From the NCBI GenBank assembly GCA_965637545.1, contig OZ281495.1:14136001-14200000 (forward strand): a stretch of 64,000 bases of DNA, read 5' to 3'. This stretch comes from Phallusia mammillata. Lineage: Eukaryota. Each line of letters begins with the position of its first letter. Positions within the stretch are counted from its first letter, which is position 1. Both the position numbers and the translations under genes were made by a program. The notes beneath the pieces are model-generated. The model worked only from the letters and a program-made list of their open reading frames with translations. It ran no database searches and had not been told where the DNA came from. Shown piece by piece: positions 35,875-48,119 of the stretch.

Positions 35875-37099
35875 GTGTTACTTCAGCACCCTGGATACAT
35901 AGTGATTTTGCACTACACGAAATATTGTCAAGTATAAATTGGTGGGTACAGATAGTTTTTGATGTCAATTTACAATGCTGAATGACTTGGTTTCGACATA
36001 TCGTCCAGTCTGTTTGACGGAACACAACAACATGCTCGTAAAGAAGAGTACCGAACTGATAGGGTTTCCGGTTCAACCACTTGCTTTTGCAACTTGTAAA
36101 TCGGTCCAACAACTTTCGAATGTTTTGGTTTGTTTGTTCTAATTCGTGCTACATTTATTTTATTGTCTCCAAAGAATAAAAATATTTATTTCATTTTTCT
36201 GCTTATTTTTTATAGTGCTGTACTTTAAATTTATGTCATTGTACTTCATTGTAACAAGCTTATTGAACGGATGTTTTGTCATTAAATGACTAATAAAAAA
36301 TTTCTGCGTCCAGTCTAGGCTGTAGCCGTGACCTAAATATTTAAAGATGCTTTTCTTTGATTTCCGTAAACATCCTAGTGAATCCCCAAAAACCATCCTA
36401 TAGAAAAGACGTAGTGATATATTTATCAAAAATAGAGGTAGAACCGTTGGGCCGGAATTTAATTATGGAGGAAAGAAATTGTAAGTTGACATAATAGCTG
36501 CGTCAGACCCCAACAAATTCGGCATGTTATAAGCGTATCTACGAAGACTCACGTTCATTTACAAAAACATAATTTAAATACTTTGACTGGCCTATAGTAA
36601 GGTAAAATTTATATGTTTAAGTTAGTTTTGGCACCACTACAATGAGTAGAAAAAGAATCCACAAAACTCTTGTTTTAAAAAAATGTAAATAAACTTTGAC
36701 AAACCACGCTTAGCGCCATATCCACTTGTATGTATGTCCACACAAGCCGTACCAGGATTTCCCCATAAAGGTTAAGAGGTTGCGATTAAAAGTAACAAAA
36801 TCATAAATCCGCAGAAACAAGCTGTATACAAACACAACGCCAAAAACTTTGGTTTGGCAGCTTTCAATTCTCCAGTCTGTTCTGATTTGTTGTAGCTGTT
36901 TAGTTCAGTATTTGACTCATATGCATTTAAATTCAAATTATGAGGTACATTCTTATGCTACAAAGCAGAATTCCAACTCGACTTGTGATTCTTTATAGTA
37001 CGTTTAAATCGAATACATTAGAGGTATTATTAGTCTGCATTAAGACTTCACACTTCATACAACCTCACACAACTAACATCAAACGTACAGGGTCTAGGC

Positions 37100-37702
37100 C
37101 AGGGGTTCCCAACCTGTGGTACGCGTACTACTAGTGATACGCGAAGGTTTTTCAGGTGGTACGCGAGTAGCTTCCGTTTTTTTCACAAAAACAAAATACA
37201 GGTCACGTCATGTCAATTGTCAACAAGAAGCACAGTTGCTTTGAAAACCCGTATAACGCTGTGGGACAGTGGGCGTTAATTATGTTGCTCTTGATAGATA
37301 TCGTTTTATAGCTTAAGCTACAAATGGCGTTGAGTAATGCTGGTTGTAAGCTAACAATAGATCGGAATAAAATGTTCAATAACAGTTACATTTGAAGAGG
37401 TAGTTTATGCTTCATAGTATGTTATAGTTCTATGAAAGTACCGATACTGGTGGTAATGTGATAATGCAGGAACGTGAGCAGCAAAAATGCAAGAAACTAA
37501 ATTTGAAAAAGTTGTAACTAACATTTTGTTACCAACTTTAGACTATCACATTTGTAGGTTTGGCTATTTTGGTGGACAGTAAAAACAACAATCTCATCAA
37601 ATTTAGTTGTGGTGCTTTAGTGTTATTTTAGTAAGAAGTGGTACGCGTGACAGTACAGAGCGTCCACGTGGTACGAGATCATAAAAAGGTTGGGAACCCC
37701 TA
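37100..37702. mobile_element. hAT-type MITE (603 bp) between the WSCD-like gene and GPCR1
   Basis: TIR caggggttcccaacct / aggttgggaaccccta (terminal mismatch); perfect 8-bp TSD gtctaggc; same family as 50630-50941. Confidence 0.9.
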
Positions 37703-38250
37703 GTCTAGGCGCTATACAAACTGACCACGCAAAAACGACGTTAATTACACACGTGTTTTTCGCACGAAGTGGATGGCACCAAAGACAAGAAATAGTCTGT
37801 AATTAGTAAACATAGAATACTGCAGTTGATGGTTGCCTAGCAAAATAGAAATCAATGGCACCGTACAAAAATGGAAGTATGCTCTCAGGTAATGCGTAAA
37901 AAACGTTTGTAACACATAATATACGAAGTAAGCAGAATAGTTAATGGCAGAGGCAAACACAAAATATTTTGGTAGCGTATTTTACCCCTGTTTGTTGAAT
38001 AATGTTGAATTAAAAAAATATATGCTGCTAATACTGGTCACTTTTATAACGACTAAATATTACCTGACTTACTCGCAATTTCATTATAACCCAATCAAAA
38101 AACTAGATTACAAAAAGATGGCGTCACGAAACCAAAAAAATGTCTAATGACCTCTTTGGGGAGTAAATACCCAAAGGTTAAGAACCACTGCGATTTTAGA
38201 AGCCCCTTTATGTGATTTGTTTACATTTTTACACAACTGTTCTTAAACGA

Positions 38251-41080
38251 CTAGGTGGAAGAAGTTTTAGCGTTTTTTCGGTGTCTGCTTTTGCTTTGTA
38301 AAGAAACGGACAATGCTGGATTTAAAACATCTGAAGTTTTTCCGCATGTAAGGGAATTTAACAGCTGCTTCAAACTCGAACGAAATTCTTCATCTCGTAC
38401 GCTGTATACAAGAACGTTCACAAAGCTGCGAGGAAAACAACGAAATAGGCATGGAAAAATAGTTTATAAACAGCGTCAGTGTTTTTAAATTTCAACATAT
38501 CGACAAAGTATTTTTATTTGACGTCAACCGTGAACGTTTGTTTTGTGTTTTGATTTACCTGTTGGACATGCTGAGGTAGACACAGATAAGATAGGGAAGG
38601 GAAATATTGTTGCAATCCAAGTACTTGACGTAGGAAAGAATAGCAACTACCACGATGGGAACTGCAATGTATAATAGCTTTAAACTGCTAGGTTTGTTTG
38701 TATGTTAATGTGTATCTTAATTTGTACTTAATTTATGAAACGTTTTTCTTACTTAAGGTTATTGTAAATCCGAGCTGCATAACAGCCACTGTTTTAAAAA
38801 TGTAAAACTCTTTTCTCAAATTATTTCCCGGTCGCAAGTCGCTGCCTGTAGATGATCTTCGTAACGCCGTGCCTTTGCGCAATTCATACCAACCATGCGA
38901 CAAAGTTGCAACAGAGATGCCAATCTAAAAAAATCAAAAACGTTTGTACACCTCAAACTTCAAAGCTTCACACAAACATAAGGGACTCAGAATGGTAGTT
39001 AAATAGTAAGTTAAAATATGTTGTTCAACTTCCAAAACACACGTGAGGCTATCATAAGAATTAAGTATCAAATACAACAACGATACACATATGTACTAAT
39101 TCATAGTGTACAGTTAACAAGGTGTTCCAATTTCACTACAATTCTTGACCACGTACACTTTGTTTCAACTCATAAACAGCATAAAAATTGAAACTAACCA
39201 TTAACAGGTAGGGCAGGACCGTGGTCACAAGCACAAGGATACCGGCAACGATTCGCGGCCACTGGTTTGGCTCTGGAGCGTCCACCACAGCAATTGAGAA
39301 TATGAACGCTGTATGGTAGTAGGTAAACACCAAAGCGTTGGGAAACCAAACTGAAATACAGACAGTCATAATGCTTTTGAACTTTTGGTTGACAGAAAGT
39401 TTTGGCTAAAAATCGTTTGATTTGTCAGATACGTTGTTGGTCACAGAAGATTTTTGTCCATGGCAGAAGTGATTTCATATTATGACACTTAGTACTAATA
39501 AGATACCTACGCAATGTATCCTTAATGATGGCCTAATTGACCACTATCACGTGGTTTCGATGTCAAGAGAAAATGCAGCACAAACATGGCCCAATTTTCC
39601 ATGACATTACAGTAATCGAATTACATTCAAAAAGGCCTTTTAGCTTACTTACATATGTCAAGTATGTACAAGAAATCAAACAGTTCAACAAAAATTTGCA
39701 GTTATTATGTTTCTTTGTTTGCCATCTACCCACTTTCTGGTCAACCGTTACTGTATTGGCAACTAAGTGCTTCAGGTCACTAATGGTTTAATCCGGTCCT
39801 GACCTATGGAGTTAAATGTATCGCAATCTTTACTTACGAGGCACGGTTGTCGTGGCAAATGAGCAGATCCACACACACGCTAGACTGGCCCAAAGTCGTC
39901 CTGATTTTTGCAGCATATAACGAAACGGCCACCTGATGGCGTAAAGGCGCTGGAGGGCGAGGAGCACCAGGTGGTAGAGGGAGGCAGTAAAACTAACCAA
40001 GTAAAATATTCCGCCAATAGTCGCTTGTGTGGAGCCATGTAATTTCAGTTGGCGTTGCTCGATTACGTTAGCCGTTGAGTTGATCATCCATGAGAAATTA
40101 AAGATGGTCACGAACAAGATTTGGATTCCTGTACACAAAACTAAATAGGAAGAAAGGTTTCATTCTTAACATGCTGGTCCACATTAAACTAATACACCAA
40201 AGAGATAAGTTTTATTAGATGTTTCGCCATGCATCTTTTAAAATCGGCCGTCAATGAAAAGGGAACAAGCTGTTGGCAAACATAAATCTGCACCGATTAG
40301 AAGGACGTGGAAGTGGCAATGGCTTTGCGGACAGATAACGGTTGGACGACAAGGCTTACAGTAGGTTGCCATGCAGACCGAAACGCTAGATGCAGTGGGT
40401 ACCTTTTCTTTTTTCTCAGTGCAGTTTCGAGTACATGATGCAGTTTAAACCAATGTACTAACGTTGATATTTGTACTCTACAATGTTTATGAAACGTTGC
40501 ATTCCTACTTCTGGCTTAATGCAACTCGACATAGCATTTAAACTTGGATAAGCTATAACGTCGGTTTGACTATGCAAATTTTGCAAAATAAAACGGTATA
40601 TAAGATAAGATATATTTTAATACCTGTAAGTAAATCAGCAACCGCCAGAGAACACTTGATACGGTAACAAAATTTGGGTTTCGTCGTCTTCAAGGCGCTA
40701 TAAATTACCAATAAGTTGCCGGATACAATCAGAAGACCCAACAAAACGGCAACCATTGCAAAGAAGCCCGCTCCTACCATGCTACATTGTGCACAATCTC
40801 GTAACGCAGTAGCATCGCACTCCGTTCTGGCAGCTTGAGTACAAAATCCTGGAAAACCACAAATGCTGAAATCTTGTGTTTCAGTGCTGAGGCGTTGAGG
40901 AAGTCTTAAATTCACAGTTGTTGAAACGTTTGATGCTAGTTTCTGATCAGATTTGTTTCCGATCAGTGTGTGTACTCCCGGCAAATCTCTTGTGTCTGCC
41001 GATAAAGACGGACTAGTTGTGCTCGTTTCTTGAAAATGAACAAACACAAATTGCCGAACAGTATCCGGATTCCTTGACAT
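38251..41080 (-). CDS. Orphan class-A (rhodopsin-like) GPCR1, 6 coding exons, short ectodomain
   Basis: Exons about 41080-40624, 40128-39838, 39350-39199, 38924-38753, 38661-38559, 38425-38251. TM1 GN, TM2 SLAVADLLTG, TM3 LQRLYAIRWP, TM4 VW, TM5 LP, TM6 QLGFTITLxP, TM7 SNSFVNVLVYS, helix 8 FRSSLKQLL. Start codon placement tentative. Confidence 0.88.
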
Positions 41081-43538
41081 CGTTGGAAATGCTTTTTTTC
41101 CGATCTTGAAAACTGTAGTAATGCTCACTTTAAAACATTGTATGATCCAATATGTTTTTTTCCTCTTTTACTAAACTACAACTAGCAACCAAACACGATT
41201 ACCCTGTTTTGAGTCTTTTTCAGGCAGAACAAACTATCTCTACAGTAAACGTGTCCAACTCCGTTTAAAAAGTTTGCATGTAAATCAGTCTTGCCACAGT
41301 TTAGGTAAAAGGTGACAAAAAAAGATCTTGTTTCTGTCTAATTTTCGTCCGGTACGCTTGAGGCCCAACCACAATATACGGAACAATGCCTAAGGCTACG
41401 TTAACATTCCTCTCAAAAACAAAACCCAGCATCAAGATAATGCGCAGTGTCGCCAACGCATTTCGAAGATGACTGAAACTAATGCAGTTGGTTTCTTTTT
41501 GGTTATGGTAAGCTGGATTTTAAAGTATCTAGCAACAGCTTAAAGCTGTCATAGTAAATTGGGAATACGCTGGCACAAAAAAAAGAACACTTTTAAAAGA
41601 TTAAATGAAGATTAGTTACTCAGGAGCGTACTCAATTGAAACCCTTTTTTCAACGACATGCAAAATTATTAATTAAATCGTGCAAAATGATATAAAGACA
41701 TACTCCAAGCCCTATGGGCATTGTTTCATCTACGCGAAAAAACGTCGCTGGCTGCTGACTTCTCCGAAGCCTCACGCACCGACTTAGTGATGGTTTCTCC
41801 TTCGTCGGGTGTCGGATGAAAACAATGCCCATAGCATAATATTGTGCTTTCGCAGCAATTATCAATTAGTGTCATCAGCATATGTATTCTTTTTCTTAGA
41901 AATGTCATGAAAAGTTAGTCTACACTGGAAGGAATAATCCCGTTTGTTTCCATAATTTTGAGTTCCTGTTCGTTAAAATATTACTCATACTCAAGATAAT
42001 AACTTAGATGGTCATTTTCCATGATCTGTTCAAATTATTTTTATACATCACTCTTCACGACGTGTTTGGCGTTGTTGATGTATTGTTGGCATTCGACACA
42101 TTTATCCGCCTGTCTGCAACCATTTCTAAAATTCGGACTAGTATTCTGTAAAGCAGTGATCAATGTGTCTTGATCTTAAGCAATTTATTCTGTTTATGGC
42201 GAGATTGGTTAAATTGTCATCTAATTGGTGCTTTGTAGTCTGTTGGTTGGCATACAAGTAGACGTAGCCTGTGGCCGACATCTTCCAAGCCTCGGGCTCC
42301 TCGATTATTTGGTTATGTGATTGCCTCATTTCAAAACCGAAAATCTTATGAAATGTTTTGAAGCCGATTGTGATTACCTACCCAGAGTACACTAGGTGGT
42401 TGATGCAATACCTATTGTTTATTGTGCTTTCGTTCAATTTAAATTTACGTTGTCTATGTTTTAATATGAGATTGTTCGGGAAAATAGTGGTGTGTTTTAG
42501 GACATACGCATGGTTGCAACAAAGTGGTCTGACCATGAAAATAACGATCATTACGATAACAGCTAATGGTGTTTTCGTTTTTTAGCCAATTACGTTTAGA
42601 GTCCGCGGGTCAATAGGTGACTGTGTGTGTCCGTTACATGTTAATTGAGAGGTTGCCAGCCGATTTGCAAAAGTAGTTAAAAAAGGAAGTTAGTCAGTAA
42701 ACAGCAACTGTCAGTGTCGATAGACATCGGAACACGAAATAATTAAAACTTAGACAACTCAGTTATTAGCGGTTGCAGAGTTGTAACCATGCCTAAATTC
42801 TCGACTCTAACCCGGTTCGAACCCGATTTAAGAGTTAAATCCAAATTAGATTTAAAGGTTGTTGGAAGGGTGGCAAAAAATGATGCTGAGTGTTAAGTCA
42901 GGCCCGAATCAAACCCGTTTTATTAAACCTCAAGCCCGAACTCGACCCGAAAAGCCCGGCCTGACTTACAGCTGTGAGCGACAAACGTTTAGTCATTCTC
43001 ATTTGCCGTTTCTCCCTCACAAGTATGATTACTGATGACTAAACGGGAATCTCAATGAGCTATCATGTGATAAGAGAATGCGACTTGGGTACGAAAACGT
43101 CGAAACTTGGGATTAGAGAAGGAATCTATTGAACTTGTTCTGTGCCCGCTTGCTTTTTTAGGTCTAGCAGCTTTAAGGAGCAAAGTGAATATATGGGGTC
43201 AAGAAAAGAATATTCAGAAATAATCAGAATGTTACTTAGGATAAAGGCGTAAAAAGACTCTTTAGGTTCAATTTATTGTTTTAAAACTCGCTTGCATAGA
43301 TTGAAAAGTTAGAAGTTGTCGGTTGCAGCATTCAGAGATAAATAAATACAGTAACTTTGTGGCTATTTTAGTATAGAATGTAGAGTTATACTTACGCGAG
43401 CTTTTCCGTACGTTATAGGGTTGAACCAGCTGTAGTTGGGTGTGATGCTCTTCGTCTTGTTTGACTAAGGCAAATTAATATATTGTGTCATTTTATTTGT
43501 AAAGATTTAGAAAATAAAAGTGTCATACAGAAGTGACT

Positions 43539-46500
43539 ATGTCCGGGGAAAGTAGCATGAAAACCGTCTTGGAAACTGTGACAATATCTGACATTTTATT
43601 GCCAACTGCAACCTCAGAAGATTTGGTAAATTTAACAAGTTCTTCAATTATTGATTCGGAACTTCCATTAACAATTCATGAAGTAACATACGTTCAACCC
43701 GAAACTCACAAGTTCATATTTCCAGTCGTAGCCAAGGCACATCCAGTGCCAAGAACATTTTCAGATGATTTTTTAACTACCTCGTCTTCTGGATCTGGGT
43801 TTACACTAAGCTATACTCACGACAAATTGCTTTCTGGATCTGGACTTCCTCAATACCTTTTACAAACTAGACATGGAATAGATTTTGAACCCCCACCAGA
43901 AGACTTTCAAGCGATACCGTTTTCAGGATCAGGATCCGGTTCAGAGGATCTAGTCTTAAGTGAAACACTAAGTGTTCCCATGGAAACGAGTTTCCATTTT
44001 CAACAAATTTTCCATTTTCAACAACCTCAAACTGCACAGTTTGAAACGGATTCATTTATGCCTTCCCACGTAATACAAGACCGCCAACCAATGCTGGCAC
44101 CCGTTCAGTTTCCTTTCCAACCTATTCAGTCATTCAGTACGGAATCATTTGAGGCCCTTTCTCCTTCATTCATTGGAGAGAATGAGTTATTGTTTCAACT
44201 TCCAGTCCAAGAACCGTCGCCCATAGATTTAACCCCTTACTTGCATCGCATCAATGCTAGTGAACTGCTGCATAGTTACGGTGGAGAACTTGTTAATGAT
44301 AACACAACATTAGGACAATTTCCAACCGCTTTCTACGATCCAACTACCAACACCTTGGGTTCAACTTTAAGAAACGCGTCTAGGCTTTGCGGATTTCCAG
44401 CATTTTGTTCTGTTGAAGCACATAAAACATGTGCAGGAACGGTTTTATCAAATTGTGATGAGTGCAGTATGTCCGGAGCAGCCTTGTTTGCTTCAGTCGC
44501 AATTTTTCTGGGAGTTCTAATATTGCTGGGAAACGCAATTGTGATTCGGAGTGCGTTGACAAAAAACAAGAAAGACAAAGATTTCTTTTCTAAAATCAAA
44601 TGTTCTTTGGCATTGGCAGATATGCTTACTGGTAAGTAAAGTTTGCTTGTTCTCCGCTCAATACCCATTGCCTAAAACAAATACTATTGACAGAAGTATA
44701 ACAAGAAAAGACTAAAAAAGTTTAAAATTAGCACTATTCCATTCATGTTCTAATTTTTCCAAGGTATTGAAATCTTGTGCGTGATCATGTACAACTTTAG
44801 CTGGGCGGTCAATTCAACAGCGAAAGAGATTGATCATCGACAGTTGCAGTTAAGGGGATCCACCCAGGCCGTCGTAGGTGGAATATTTTATTTGCTTGGG
44901 TTCACGTCATCTCTCTATCATCTCGTCTTGCTTGGCGGACAACGCTTGTACGCTATCTGGCGGCCAGTTAAATACAAGCTTCAGCCCACAAGGGTTGTCT
45001 ACATAGGACTTGCTGCTGTCTGGGCGTTCGCTTTGGTTACAGCAACAATTCCACGTAAGCAATTAAATGAAAACAAAAATCAAGGTTTTCAAATTACATG
45101 GACATTTTTTTATTTTTTACAGTACCTTTCGATATAGATTGTCAATAGTAACTAATTTTTCGTTTACTGCCTTGTAATGATATACTAACTTACCTTAATT
45201 TTTTTAACGTTCTTTGCTCACACCTTACCAGAAGCAACAAAATCATAACGTTTTCTGATAGATGTATAAAATATGCTAAAAAGAGGGGCAGACTATCAGG
45301 ATCAGTGTTACCTTGTATTTACGAAACAGAAATATTCATTTCGTCTACTTAGAAGGCATCGTCAGTTTCCGTCTTTTTCTTATAAGTTATGTTTGTTTGA
45401 TAGATAATAATCTTTCTTTCTACAATTAACTGACAATGTGACAATTAAAACAAGGTTCCAAATAAGATGGCGCTTGCCTTTACTGAAACTGAGTTGCATG
45501 TATTTCTTTACAGTTTGGATTCCTGACGTTTTTACATTTTCCTACATTCACACAAATTTTATTTATTACGTCGCTATTTCCGATATCGAACCAACACCTA
45601 AACGATTTGCCGAAGCAATGGCGATTCCTGTAGTTACAATCCTTGTTCCTTTTATTTTTATGGTAAGTGGCAAGAATCTCCTATTGTCCTATTATAAAAA
45701 TAGTTCACCAAGTATGCGTGATAAGTGTCGGTATTTATACCGGCTTTGTTTTGTTTTTCTTCTTACACAGTGACTTTCCTTTTCTCTTTAAGAGCCTATC
45801 TTAAGCACGGTTCAAACTCATTTGAAACCCTGCACGGCCGATGAGAAAATGGATTGTCCAAACGAATTCTTTTTTATTTATCTTTTTGTTTATTAATCTC
45901 TCCGGCTTTTTTGTTCTACATCAAGCTCATGTCCCTATGGGTGACATTATTAATTCAAGTTGAACTTTGGTGTCACAGACTTTTTTCACCGGAGTCACCG
46001 CTTTTCTTGCAAAAGGTAGAATTCGCCAAAGTCGCCGCTTGCAAGGAAATCAGGGAAGGCTAAGGAACAACAACACTGAAACCGATCTTTTCAAAACTGT
46101 CGCGTGCATGCAAATTGGATTTACAGTCACATTGAGTGAGTATAAACAAATCACAAAGCCACAATGGATAAGATTAAAGTAGACAGTATTTCACCAATGA
46201 AAACGATCTGTTGTTCTATACGGAATTTGTTTTTGTGGCCCTTTTCGATCCAATCTGTTTCCTTCAGGCACAAATTGTATCAGAGTGAAACGATAATCAG
46301 GTTTATATTAATTAACTGAATTTTGGTACTTTTTCTCTAGTTCCAGTGCTGGTTGCGACTTTACTGTCCTACACTGATAGATTGACTTGTGATAATGTTT
46401 CCCTACCTTATCTCATCTGCTTTTATATAAGCATGTCCAACAGGTAACATTTTGTTGTCCAAAAAAAAATATATTTACCAAACCGTGTGGTTGAGTTGTA

Positions 46501-47018
46501 ATAATGATGAATATATCCCATGTTTACGTTGTCCGCCTAAAAGTAAGCAAAATGGCATGCATTAAAATAAATTGCCATAATTTAAATATAATTGAACGAG
46601 TAAACAAACAAGATAACTTGAACCGAAAGATTCTCACTTTTACGTGGCGTCGCAGTTACACTTGCGTCGCCTTTACGGTCTAATTTTTGAAATTCGTTTA
46701 CCCCGAAGCTGTTTATTTTTAAATCAGCATTGCTACGTTCAACGAATGTCGTTAAAACTGATCTATTGTGTTTTGGATAAATTTTTGATTGTGTCCACAT
46801 TTCTAAACAACTGTGGAAAATCATTCCTAAACATTGTTGTAATTTGTTGTTTTAGCTTAGTCAATGTTGTGGTCTACAGTGCAAGGGACGCGGGATTTCG
46901 ATCCACTCTCCGCGAAATGTTTTGCATCAAATTGCGGTTATCATCAAAATCAAGCAGAACGCAAACTACCAGGGTGTGTCGTCAGAAAGAAAGTGGAAAA
47001 ACAACTTTACCAGTATAA
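43539..47018 (+). CDS. Orphan class-A GPCR2 with ~310-aa Ser/Thr/Pro-rich ectodomain
   Basis: Exons 43539-44631, 44764-45054, 45514-45662, 45979-46135, 46341-46443, 46856-47018. Same intron positions and motifs as GPCR1; start MSGESS matches MSGK starts of GPCR3/4. Confidence 0.92.
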
Positions 47019-48119
47019 CTTACCCAAGCAAAAATGCCTTGATGGATTGATTTTGATCGTGAGTTTGTGTCATGGCCGTCAAGAGCAAATTGACTTCAGA
47101 GAGTTCTCACTGTATTATTGTCTGGTTCTACGTTTATATTGCTATTTTGTCGTTGTTGTTTCAGCAGCGTACGGCTCATTCCAACTCGCAGAATTCCTTT
47201 TCTAATTGCAAGACATCGACACAGCGCAAATTTCTCTTTTAACATTTTGTGCTTTATATCCCCTTTATATTCCGATTTTGCCAAAATAATGTTACATAGT
47301 TTAATCCGCTACTAGCGGGCTTAAATTCAGACTAACGTAATATGTGTATTTTTTAATTCTACAATATTCTGCATAAAAATTTGAACTTATACTGGCTGTG
47401 AAGTCTCCATTTAAATTTGTAAACTTTAAAGGGCAATAAGCAGTGTGTGACCAGATCGAAAAGCAATAGTATCTCACATTTCCCATATTTCAATCTGTTT
47501 CCTGTGCGGTTGTTTCAAAAGCAGTTTTGACAAGTCAAAGCCTGTTTGTCGGCACACTAGTAAATGTTGGTCGATATACCAGCAGTAATATTAGCTTACA
47601 GCGAACTAATTCCGAGCCTCGGGCTTTTTACCTGGGTTGCTTAAGCGGTTGACTTATTGCCAAACGGGCACGTTCAGAAATAGTAAGGTCTACAAACAAC
47701 AGAGCTTTTCAGACATTGCGCAAAACAGCACGTGCGAAATGGTCGACTTTCAAAACTAACATAGTTGACATTTTGTTCCACAATGTCTATTATTGAGTGT
47801 CGTTTAAAACGTAGTTTGTCATACAGCAAAAAATATCAGTCGTTTCGTAGCATTTAAAAGATAGATAATTATCTAATCGATTATAATTGTTTACCGACCG
47901 AACTTGTGGCTGTTAGTTAGTCAGATAGTTGACAAATGTACTTCCTTAATCGACAGCAACGGGCGATCTCGATTAGCGTCAACATGATGTAGTTTTATAG
48001 GAGAGGTTTTTTTTAACCAATAGCACGATGATAGTTTGGGAATCCCATTGTGCCAACGTATCACAATTTTGCATCTCATTAGGTAAAGTAATTTGAAGTG
48101 CTGTTCCACTAAAACGATT

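Noticed and set aside
42776-42975. Inverted repeat taagtcaggcc / ggcctgactta with cccga motifs
   Set aside because: Probably a decayed DNA-transposon remnant, but termini and TSD could not be defined.
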